Shown piece after piece: positions 56,782 through 64,000 of a stretch of DNA of 64,000 bases; the stretch's first letter is position 1, and every line of letters starts with the position of its first letter. The notes below the pieces were generated by a model that was given only the letters and a program-made list of their open reading frames with translations, was not told the DNA's origin and did no database searches. The stretch comes from an uncultured Acidobacteriaceae bacterium (GTDB lineage Bacteria > Acidobacteriota > Terriglobia > Terriglobales > Acidobacteriaceae). The position numbers and the translations under genes are program-made. The stretch covers positions 380-64,379 of the forward strand of contig CAYOUY010000170.1 in assembly GCA_964407245.1 (NCBI GenBank). The letters run 5' to 3'.

Positions 56782-56858
56782 TGGTCGGGGCGAGGAGATT
56801 TGAACTCCTGACCCCCTGCGCCCAAGGCAGGTGCGCTACCAGGCTGCGCTACGCCCCG
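56782..56858 (-). tRNA. tRNA-Pro (anticodon TGG)
   Basis: The reverse complement folds as a cloverleaf: CGGGGCG acceptor, GCGCAGCCTGGTAGCGC D-arm, anticodon loop CTTGGGC, T-loop GGTCAGGAGTTCAAATCTCCT, encoded CCA. Confidence 0.93.
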
Positions 56859-57052
56859 ACGGTTTGATTATAAATGAGCGCCTCGGGCGATCATTCTGAA
56901 CCACTGACCTGCGCCGGCCAGGCTGCGCGCAAAGGTTCCCCTTCATGCTCCTTGCCGGTGCGCCTTCAAATCGACGATGCTCGAGATCTCCGAGGCTCCG
57001 TGCACAGCGTGGTGCCCCAGAACTCTATCCGGCGTATAATTTCTCATCAGTT

Positions 57053-57598
57053 ATGGAGACACCGCGTTACGCGCTGGTGGCTTATGTAAGGAGCCCGGCA
57101 GGGGAGTTCGTGGAGAACCTCCGGCGCGAATTGCATCCCGACCTGCCCCACCTGGCGGCACACCTGACCATCCTTCCGCCGCGTCCGTTACAAGGGACCG
57201 AGGGCGCGGCTCTGCAGGCGCTGGAGCGAATCTGCGGCGAAGAGGACCCGTTCGAGGTGAACCTGGGCGGGGTGGAAACTTTCGTGCCGGTTACCCCAAC
57301 GGTGTACATCCGGGTGGATGGAGCGGCCTCGCGCATGTGCCAACTGCATAGCCGCCTGAACACGGAGGCCCTGGCATTTCACGAAGAGTGGCCTTACATT
57401 CCCCACCTGACCATTGTAAAGATGAGCCGGGAGGATGCAGCGCAGAACGCCTTCCGGATCGCCCGCGAGCGCTGGGACCGCTACTCCGGGAGCCGGCGCA
57501 TCCTGCTGGAAAGGCTGACCTTTGTCCGTGAGGACGCCCAGAATTGCTGGATCGATCTAGCCCCCATACCGCTGGGCCGGAGCCTGGTTTCACGGTAA
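57053..57598 (+). CDS. 2H phosphoesterase superfamily protein (LigT/2'-5' RNA ligase-like)
   Basis: Two HxT motifs (HLTILPP and HLTIVKM) at the correct spacing. Confidence 0.8.
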   Translation: METPRYALVAYVRSPAGEFVENLRRELHPDLPHLAAHLTILPPRPLQGTEGAALQALERICGEEDPFEVNLGGVETFVPVTPTVYIRVDGAASRMCQLHSRLNTEALAFHEEWPYIPHLTIVKMSREDAAQNAFRIARERWDRYSGSRRILLERLTFVREDAQNCWIDLAPIPLGRSLVSR

Positions 57599-57850
57599 AA
57601 GTTTCGCGCTAAGAGCTTTGTGCTGAAGACATCGCGCTAGAAAACTGTCGGCCAAACTGTTTCTTCCCTATACGCTTCCGTAATCCAAAACTACGTTACT
57701 GCGGCCTGCCGCGCATGGCCCTAGGTACATTTCCCTCCCGTGCGTTGAAAAGCCCGCGGCGTGGCAGTAGATAAAGAGTAGGGCAAGCATCCGGCAATCC
57801 GCGCCAAACGCCACTCGGGACGCGGGTTTTCGGGCAGATCGGGAGAGCGA

Positions 57851-59119
57851 ATGCAGATCGGAGTTTACGGTTCGGGGTATCTGGGAACAGTGATTTCGGC
57901 CTGCCTGGCAGATTTTGGCACTCCCGTTTCATGCTGCCATCCCGACCGGTCGCGCATGGTCGAGATGGCCCAGGGCAATATTCCCTTCTTCGAAAAGAAT
58001 CTGAAAGAAATCATTCGGCGCAATGTGCGCGCCGGGCGCCTGGCCTACTCGACTGACATTGAATCGTTCGCCCGCAAGACGCAGGTGATCTTTCTCGCCG
58101 AAGATAAGGCGGAACATCTGAACGATGTGGCCCTCCGCATTGCCCGGCTGGCGCCCAAGCCTCCGATTCTGACGGTCGTGACTCCCGTGCCCGTGGGCAC
58201 TGCCAATGCACTGGAAAAGAGCGTGAAAGATATCGGTCTGCAGGCAACGATCGTGTCGCAGCCCATGTTTTTCACCGATGGTTGCGCGGTCGAAGATTTC
58301 AACTGGCCCGACCGGCTGATTCTGGGGTCAACCTCGAACGAAGCGGTACAGATTCTGAAGCAGATTTTTCATCCGCTGGTCATGCGCGGCGTGCCCGTCA
58401 TTGTGACCAATCAGGCCACGGCGGAACTGGTGCGTGAAGCGGCGACGGCGTTCGTGGCCACGAAAATTTCGTTCATCAATGAAGTGGCGGCGCTGTGCGA
58501 GCGGGTGAACGCCGACGCCGTGAACCTGGCCCTGGCGCTCGGTCTCGACAAAAAGATCGCTCCGCGTTGCCTGCAGCCGGGAGCCGGCATGGGCGGCGTG
58601 TTTGCCGAGTCGGACATGGATTCGCTGGTGGACCTGGCGCAGTCGCATGGCGTGTCGCTGAAGGTGCTGAGCGCGGCGCGCGACGTGAACCACACGCTGG
58701 CCGACAGGCTGGTGGAAAAAATTGCGCACGCGCTGAACTCGGTCGAGAACAAGGAAGTCGGCATTCTCGGCCTGTCGTTCAAGCCGAACACGAATTCCGT
58801 TGCGGGATCGTCGTCAATCCGGCTGGCGGAGACCCTGGTTTCAAGGGGAGCACATGTGCGGGCGTACGACCCGGTTGCGATTCCTGAAGCCAAGACTCGT
58901 TTGAATGGATCGGTGCGGTACTGCGATTCCGCTTATGCGGCGGCCGAAGGCTCTGACGCTCTGGTCGTGGGCACGGGCTGGCCGGAGTTCCGCGCGCTCG
59001 ACTTCGACCGCATCAAGCACCTGCTCAAGACTCCCGTTATCGTGGACACAAAGAATCTGCTCGATTCCGGCCGCCTGCGCGCCCTGGGATTTGAATACGT
59101 TGGCGTGGGGCGTGTGTAG
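57851..59119 (+). CDS. UDP-glucose/GDP-mannose dehydrogenase family protein lacking the canonical catalytic Cys
   Basis: GVYGSGYLG Rossmann motif and three-domain length and order. The site corresponding to GFGGSCFPKD reads GAGMGGVFAESD. Confidence 0.8.
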   Translation: MQIGVYGSGYLGTVISACLADFGTPVSCCHPDRSRMVEMAQGNIPFFEKNLKEIIRRNVRAGRLAYSTDIESFARKTQVIFLAEDKAEHLNDVALRIARLAPKPPILTVVTPVPVGTANALEKSVKDIGLQATIVSQPMFFTDGCAVEDFNWPDRLILGSTSNEAVQILKQIFHPLVMRGVPVIVTNQATAELVREAATAFVATKISFINEVAALCERVNADAVNLALALGLDKKIAPRCLQPGAGMGGVFAESDMDSLVDLAQSHGVSLKVLSAARDVNHTLADRLVEKIAHALNSVENKEVGILGLSFKPNTNSVAGSSSIRLAETLVSRGAHVRAYDPVAIPEAKTRLNGSVRYCDSAYAAAEGSDALVVGTGWPEFRALDFDRIKHLLKTPVIVDTKNLLDSGRLRALGFEYVGVGRV

Positions 59120-59219
59120 CGATGTCGGGTTCTAAGGTTCCGCTCGTTCTCCCCCATCCCCTTCCTTCGCTGTGTGGAGAGTTAGCCAGGCGGATTCGTT
59201 TGCTCACAGCGGTGAAACC

Positions 59220-59696
59220 ATGAACCTGCACAAGCCGATTTACATCTGCAAGAAATGCAATCTGGAGGTGGGGAACCCGAAGCGCCGGTTCTGGAGGAAC
59301 TATTGCGAGAGTGGCCACCGCCTGCCGGACGATGCAACGGTGCGCTCGTTCTGGGAATCGTTTGTGCGGACATTCATGGGAACGTTCTTTCTTTTGTTTT
59401 CCGCCCTGAGCGCCGTGCTCGTCAACCTCGCCGAGTTTACCCGAGGCACCGAAGACGGGGCTCTAGCGGGATTCGTAGGCATCGGAGCAGGGCTGGCGCT
59501 GATGATTGCCATTCTGATTGGCAGGAGTTCCCTCCGCCAAAGCAAGGCTTGGAATGAGCGCGGAGGAGCCGTCCTGAAGCTGGTCCCGCGCGCCAGAGGC
59601 AGGGCGTTTGGCTGTCTCTCGGCTGCCGGGTTCGTGATGCTCTACAGCGGTTCGATCTGTGCCCAAGCGATCTGTGCCAGGTTCGGATCGTGGTAG
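59220..59696 (+). CDS. hypothetical membrane protein with N-terminal Cys/His knuckle
   Basis: MNLHKPIYICKKCNLEV...YCESGH followed by three or four hydrophobic helices. Confidence 0.45.
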   Translation: MNLHKPIYICKKCNLEVGNPKRRFWRNYCESGHRLPDDATVRSFWESFVRTFMGTFFLLFSALSAVLVNLAEFTRGTEDGALAGFVGIGAGLALMIAILIGRSSLRQSKAWNERGGAVLKLVPRARGRAFGCLSAAGFVMLYSGSICAQAICARFGSW

Positions 59697-59776
59697 CTGC
59701 TGGACGTTTTTCTCTTTGTTGTTGCGTCTATTCCTTCCCGGCTTTAGTGAAGTGAGCCACCACGGCCGACGCTCCT

Positions 59777-59806
59777 CTGACAGCGCCGAAGCGCAGTTGT
59801 TATAAT
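59777..59806 (+). promoter_or_regulatory. sigma70-like promoter for tRNA-His
   Basis: cTGACA - 18 nt - TATAAT. The -10 element ends 12 nt before the tRNA 5' end. Confidence 0.45.
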
Positions 59807-59817
59807 CGCAGAGGTGC

Positions 59818-59894
59818 GGTGGGAGTAGCTCAACTGGCAGAGCACCGGACTGTGGCTCCGGTTGTTGCGGGTTCGATTCCCGTCTCCCACCCCA
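59818..59894 (+). tRNA. tRNA-His (anticodon GTG) with encoded G-1 and CCA
   Basis: G-1 plus GTGGGAG acceptor, anticodon stem-loop CCGGA-CTGTGGC-TCCGG, T-arm GCGGGTTCGATTCCCGT, and 3' end CTCCCAC-C-CCA. Confidence 0.93.
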
Positions 59895-59970
59895 GTCTCT
59901 CAGTAGGTCGGGTACCTTCCACTAAGAATATTTCACTGCACTTCAGACCAAGCTGAACTCCCGACGCCGG

Positions 59971-60390
59971 TCACTTGCTCCTGTCCTTCATTACTTTCAG
60001 GCTGGCTCGCACAAGCTTCTTCACTAAGGCGGTAGATATCGCTCCATCTGCCGGGAAGCTGACAATGGCCTTTGTTGTCGCACAACCCGCAAGTTCCTTT
60101 TTGTGGTTTTGTATCACAGGGGGTCGTAAATGTAGTCGTATGCAAGGCTTCTTAAAGCTGGGCTTCTTAAAACTGAGCCAGACAAACATGCCATCGTAAT
60201 CGTAGCCCTCGCCATCATAGGAATAGCCGGGCATTTGGAAGTAGTCTGTGCGTTCAGTCGCGCCTGGTGCCGCGTTGCGTATCGCGGCCCTGATCTCTCT
60301 CAATTTGTCTTGCACCTGTTTCGGGGCGTTTGCTATGTATTCGTCCACGCCACTCGCTTCTCTATGCTTCGGAGTCACTTTTCTTGCCAT
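59971..60390 (-). CDS. DUF1801 (YdhG-like) domain protein
   Basis: VDEYIANAPKQVQDKLREIRAAIRNAAPGATE is the typical DUF1801 N-terminus. ATG at 60390 follows AAGGGGG. Confidence 0.7.
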   Translation of the reverse strand: MARKVTPKHREASGVDEYIANAPKQVQDKLREIRAAIRNAAPGATERTDYFQMPGYSYDGEGYDYDGMFVWLSFKKPSFKKPCIRLHLRPPVIQNHKKELAGCATTKAIVSFPADGAISTALVKKLVRASLKVMKDRSK

Positions 60391-60470
60391 AAGACCCCCT
60401 TGCGGCAGTTTAGCTCCCGCGGCAACCTCGCCGGTTGCTTCGCGCATTCAAGACCTCGATCTTCTGACGA

Positions 60471-61292
60471 TCAGGGTTTTCTCGCCCACACCTGGGTCAC
60501 GCGAGCTAGGATCAGGAGGATGGATTCGTCCTCTGCAATCTTCCGCATTTCTGCGCAGATGGCGTCGAGTTCTTCCGAAGTGGATGCGTGCGCGGCCAAA
60601 ATGGCAGGCGCTGCTTCTCGCAACGTCAGCTCCCAGAACCGTTTCTCCTCGCCGCGCAACACGGCGATCTGGTTCACTTTTACTTCCGGCTGACTGAAGC
60701 CGGCTTCATGAAATAGCCGGGGCAGCTTCAGGCCGATGTACGAATCGAGACCGTGGCTGCGATTCACAGCGTCGCTGATTTGAACCAGCCGCTTGTAGGC
60801 GTGTGTCTCGGGTTCGGTGAAGATGCCGCCGTCGTCGTGATCTTCGCATACCAGGATTCCGCCCCGCTTCAACAGCGAACTCATTTCCGTCAATGCCCTG
60901 GCGGGATCAGCGAGATGGCACAAGAGGAACCGGGAGTAAACAAGATCAAAGGAATCCCGCGGCAAACCAATTTCGTACGCATTGCCTTCGTGGAAGGAAA
61001 GATTTGAGATGCCGGCCTCTGCCGCGCTTTTTCCGGCGATGCGCAGTTGCTCAGAACTTGAGTCCACGCCCACCACGGATCCGCCGGGGCAGATCTGCGT
61101 CGCAACCCATTGTGCTGTGAGGCCAACGCCACAACCGATCTCTGCCACACGCATGCCCGAGCACAACCCGGCGGCGGACAGCAATTGGCGGGTCGCCAGA
61201 CCAAAAATTCGCTGCAAAAGCTCCAGACGAGAACCAGCTTTCTCTCCGGTGGCAAGTATGTACGGCTTATCCGAGTGATATCCGTTCGCCAT
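60471..61292 (-). CDS. class I SAM-dependent methyltransferase
   Basis: Motif I VAEIGCGVGL plus the downstream VVGVDSS and FDLVYSRFLL. Confidence 0.85.
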   Translation of the reverse strand: MANGYHSDKPYILATGEKAGSRLELLQRIFGLATRQLLSAAGLCSGMRVAEIGCGVGLTAQWVATQICPGGSVVGVDSSSEQLRIAGKSAAEAGISNLSFHEGNAYEIGLPRDSFDLVYSRFLLCHLADPARALTEMSSLLKRGGILVCEDHDDGGIFTEPETHAYKRLVQISDAVNRSHGLDSYIGLKLPRLFHEAGFSQPEVKVNQIAVLRGEEKRFWELTLREAAPAILAAHASTSEELDAICAEMRKIAEDESILLILARVTQVWARKP

Positions 61293-61350
61293 GATTCCCG
61301 CCTAGAGTAGCCAATCCGAGCCCAGCGGCAAAAAAGCGAGCAATTCGTCG

Positions 61351-63030
61351 TCAGTCATAGGGCGACGCTGGATAGCGTGTATAAACCGCTCGCAGAAGTA
61401 AAACGACCGTGCACAGGCCGCAAAGCCGGGCAAACAGCTCTCCCACTTTCGCGAAAACGGTGTGGCCCGCTTCGAGCATTGGCACGGCGGCCAGGCTTGA
61501 TTCTGCAGGGCGCGGCGTGACGGCGGGGTCGATCGGCTCCGTCTGCTGGACGATTCTTCCGTTCGCATCGATGAACGCGGAGATGCCGGAATTCACAGCC
61601 CGCACCATGCCGGTGCGCTGCTCGATGCTGCCGAAAACGGCCAGGGCCAGATGCTGATACGGTTCGGCGCGAGCGCCATACCAGCTGTCGTTCGTCAGGT
61701 TCACTAGAACGTGCGGGTGCAGCTTGCCCATGCGGCGCAAGAAACCGGGAAGAATATCCTCGTAGCAGATGATGGCTCCGACGCGCCAGGAAGCGCCGTC
61801 GGTGGTCTGGAGCGGCAGCACGGTCACGTCTTTGCCGGGCGTGAAGTTGCCGAATCCTTCGGGAACCATGCTGCGGAGCCAGGGGAAATGCTCCACGCCG
61901 GGAATGGTCTCGCCAAAGGCAAGGAGCCGCATCTTGTCGTAGCGTCCGGTCACCTGTCCGTCGCGGCCGATGAGGATTGCTGAGTTGTACAGGGTGGAAT
62001 CCCCGCGTGTAAGCGCGCCCACGACCGTCGGAGTGGTGAAGCCGCGGAGCATGCGGCGGCTGTCGGATTCAGGAAAGTCGGCACGAAAGTCGCGCGTTAG
62101 CGAATAGGGATAAGCAGTCTCGCTCCACACGATCAGCCGGGCACCAGACTTTTCAAGCTCCCGGGATTGGTCTTGCAGGTCCTTGAGTTGTCCGCCGGCC
62201 TTCTCCGGATGATCGAGACCTTTCTCGTTGTAGGGAACATTCGGCTGAACCACGCCTACGGAGAGCTTGGGAGCGGCTGCGGATAGCGCATCGAATTGCT
62301 GCATGCGGAAATGTCCGTACACGAGCGTGGCCACGACGAGCACGGCGGCTGCGACTGGAGGGGCCAGCAGTTTCCACCGTTGCTGCTGCTTGTCCCGGAC
62401 TTGAAGCAAAGTGTCGTAGATCGCTCCATTGACGACGAGCAGCAATGCGCTCACGCCGATCGGGCCAGTCAAGTCGGCAATCTGAATAAGCAGCGGGTGC
62501 CATGCCTGCACGATGGCCATATGGGAAGGGAACAACAATGGGACCACTAGTTCGGCGGTTGACCCGGCGAGCGGCGCCAGCAGGACCATGGGGACAGGCT
62601 TGCGGCGACGGATGGTGCGCACGATCCAGCCGAACAAAAGGAACACACTCCCCTGGTAAGCCGAGAACACCAGATACAAGAGCAGGGCCAGGGGCAGAGA
62701 CAGATCGGCGAAGCGCCGCAGCAGTTCGATCATCCAGTAGTAGCCGCCGCCAATCGCCACCGTGCCAGTCCACCAGGCGAGCAAAGACGCGGACTTGCGG
62801 GTGGGGGCGCGATCCAGAACAAAGAGTAAAGGCACCATGGCGATCCATGACAAAGCGGACAGATCGAACGGCGTACAGCCGAGGAACCAGATGAATCCGG
62901 AGAGCGTGGAGAGCGCAAGGCCCGCCCACAGTTGACGGTGGCGGCCGACTGCAGGGTGAGCGGCCTGGTAGCGCAAGGATTTGCGCGAAGAGCGGTCGCG
63001 CGCGGCAACTCGGGAACTCATCTTTGCCAC
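61351..63030 (-). CDS. lnt: apolipoprotein N-acyltransferase
   Basis: N-terminal polytopic membrane domain plus a CN-hydrolase domain with LIVWSETA, AICYEDILP (catalytic Cys) and NLTNDSWYG. Confidence 0.9.
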   Translation of the reverse strand: MAKMSSRVAARDRSSRKSLRYQAAHPAVGRHRQLWAGLALSTLSGFIWFLGCTPFDLSALSWIAMVPLLFVLDRAPTRKSASLLAWWTGTVAIGGGYYWMIELLRRFADLSLPLALLLYLVFSAYQGSVFLLFGWIVRTIRRRKPVPMVLLAPLAGSTAELVVPLLFPSHMAIVQAWHPLLIQIADLTGPIGVSALLLVVNGAIYDTLLQVRDKQQQRWKLLAPPVAAAVLVVATLVYGHFRMQQFDALSAAAPKLSVGVVQPNVPYNEKGLDHPEKAGGQLKDLQDQSRELEKSGARLIVWSETAYPYSLTRDFRADFPESDSRRMLRGFTTPTVVGALTRGDSTLYNSAILIGRDGQVTGRYDKMRLLAFGETIPGVEHFPWLRSMVPEGFGNFTPGKDVTVLPLQTTDGASWRVGAIICYEDILPGFLRRMGKLHPHVLVNLTNDSWYGARAEPYQHLALAVFGSIEQRTGMVRAVNSGISAFIDANGRIVQQTEPIDPAVTPRPAESSLAAVPMLEAGHTVFAKVGELFARLCGLCTVVLLLRAVYTRYPASPYD

Positions 63031-63187
63031 TCCGGTGACCGCGGACTCACTCTGATTTCCTCATCGCCTGTCTTTCCTCAGTCTGTTGGCCTCGGCTTGT
63101 TGGCCGTCAGCATACTTTACGCCGCGGAGAAATCCTAAGTGTAAAATCAGCAGAGCATGCCGTAGTGGGAGGTTTGAGGCACAGCGC

Positions 63188-63264
63188 GGCCCCGTAGCTC
63201 AACTGGATAGAGCATCAGTCTTCGGAACTGAGGGTTGGGGGTTCGACTCCCTCCGGGGTCACCA
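63188..63264 (+). tRNA. tRNA-Arg (anticodon TCG)
   Basis: GGCCCCG acceptor (one G-U pair), D-arm GCTCAACTGGATAGAGC, anticodon stem-loop TCAGT-CTTCGGA-ACTGA, T-loop GGTTCGACTCC, encoded CCA. Confidence 0.92.
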
Positions 63265-63385
63265 CTCTTTCGCGCGAGGTCCTTCCCCTTCCGCCTGCGC
63301 GTCGCTCGGCGTTCTGGGTCAGGATTTCGGCAGCAGGCTCCCGCTCCCCCACCCCGGCTACGCTCACGCCTGCCAGGCGCCTCAA

Positions 63386-63409
63386 GTTCGACTCCCTCCG
63401 GGGCCGCCA
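63386..63409 (+). repeat. duplicate of the tRNA-Arg 3' end (att-like scar)
   Basis: gttcgactccctccgggg is identical to 63241-63258 and is followed by ccgcca (tRNA has tcacca). It lies 145 bp downstream in the same orientation. Confidence 0.6.
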
Positions 63410-63450
63410 GGTTCACGCCCCGTGGCACGTCTTTTTCCGCCTGCGATACA

Positions 63451-63927
63451 ATGCAGTACTTGCGCATGACGCGCTTTTTCCCATTCCGCCAGTCGCCGGC
63501 CCAGCTTGGTCCGCTGGAGCGCCGGCTGCTTGAGACCGTGTGGGAACGCGGCAGCGCGACCGTCCGCGAGCTGATGGAATGCGGCGACACGAACCTCGCC
63601 TACACCACGCTGATGACCACGCTCGATCGCCTGTACAAGAAGAACCTGCTGTCGCGGCAGGCGGAAGGGCGCGCGTTTCGCTACACGCCGAGATTGACGC
63701 GCGCTGAGTTGCACCGCGAAGCGGCCGGAGAGGCGTTCCGGGAGATGCTGGACGCGAGTCCGGCCTCGTCGCTGCCGCTCTCGTATCTGGTGGAGATCGT
63801 CTCGGAGCACGACGCCCAGTTGCTCGACGACCTGAGCCGGCTGGTGGAGAGCAAGCGGCGGGAGTTACGTTCTGGCGCAGGGCAGAAAACCGGATTGAAG
63901 AGCAAGAACAACAAAGAAGAACGATAA
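63451..63927 (+). CDS. BlaI/MecI/CopY family transcriptional repressor
   Basis: LGPLERRLLETVWERGSATVRELMECG...YTTLMTTLDRLYKKNLLSRQAEGRAFRYTP winged helix. Start at ATG 63451 or 63466; the longer ORF would overlap tRNA-Arg. Confidence 0.85.
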   Translation: MQYLRMTRFFPFRQSPAQLGPLERRLLETVWERGSATVRELMECGDTNLAYTTLMTTLDRLYKKNLLSRQAEGRAFRYTPRLTRAELHREAAGEAFREMLDASPASSLPLSYLVEIVSEHDAQLLDDLSRLVESKRRELRSGAGQKTGLKSKNNKEER

Positions 63928-63951
63928 CTTGGAAAAAGGCTAGTAATTCGA

Positions 63952-64000
63952 ATGTTTGCTGCGCGTGGCATCGCCGTCTCGTTTTCCGTATTCGTGATCG
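63952..64000 (+). CDS. start of a probable BlaR1/M56-type membrane protein (partial)
   Basis: MFAARGIAVSFSVFVI is a hydrophobic N-terminus directly after blaI-like. The call rests on the usual blaI-blaR1 synteny only. Confidence 0.3.
   Translation, partial: MFAARGIAVSFSVFVI

Larger units (their letters stand above)
27652..56858. mobile_element. putative tRNA-Pro-associated genomic island (about 29 kb) carrying a polysaccharide biosynthesis locus; integrase decayed
   Basis: Bounded by tRNA-Pro(TGG) and a direct repeat of its 3' half. An integrase fragment and a second tRNA fragment lie next to the tRNA. The interior is visibly lower in GC in places. Confidence 0.55.

Noticed and set aside
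62153-62929. 258-aa minus-strand ORF in another frame of lnt
   Set aside because: The lnt frame (61351-63030) has the CN-hydrolase catalytic motifs, while this frame is Arg/Pro-rich.
63235-63450. N-terminal extension of the BlaI ORF (track ORF starts at 63235)
   Set aside because: It would overlap the tRNA-Arg 3' end and the att-like repeat. The conserved BlaI winged helix begins after the ATGs at 63451/63466.

Overview
High-GC bacterial chromosomal window. Gene content and repeat types suggest Acidobacteriota, which is inference only. All calls come from reading the ORF translations and the DNA by eye; no searches were run, so family names rest on recognised motifs.

Layout:
- 1-12.4 kb: housekeeping genes (NUDIX fragment, ABC-F ATPase, bactofilin, MsrB, flavin reductase), a compact split-type coenzyme F420 operon (cofG-cofD-cofC-cofE-cofH plus an F420 reductase) and a secreted hypothetical protein.
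- 12.4-14.7 kb: a visibly lower-GC islet with an overlapping two-gene cassette. It pairs an HTH/AbiEi-like protein with a Pol-beta-fold nucleotidyltransferase and sits behind two 8-7-8 inverted-repeat operators. I consider this divergent AbiE-like toxin-antitoxin or defence module the best candidate for an undescribed system.
- 14.7-27.6 kb: MFS transporter, PilZ protein, orphan CpaE/TadZ-like ATPase, Ser/Thr kinase with TPR repeats, a small unknown protein, and a 1780-aa thioester-containing alpha-2-macroglobulin with an unusual inserted module.
- 27.65-56.86 kb: about 29 kb bounded by a complete tRNA-Pro(TGG) and a direct repeat of its 3' half, with a truncated integrase and a second att-like tRNA fragment next to the tRNA. 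It carries atypical regulators, a NusG paralog and a complete Wzx/Wzy-type polysaccharide locus, including a GDP-heptose pathway and a GDP-mannose-3,5-epimerase homolog. I read it as an immobilised genomic island.
- 56.9-64 kb: 2H phosphoesterase, a UDP-glucose dehydrogenase paralog lacking the catalytic Cys, tRNA-His, DUF1801, a methyltransferase, Lnt, tRNA-Arg with a nearby duplicate of its 3' end, and BlaI plus the start of a BlaR1-like gene.

No CRISPR array or rRNA was seen. Many long antisense ORFs in the track are high-GC shadows and were rejected.
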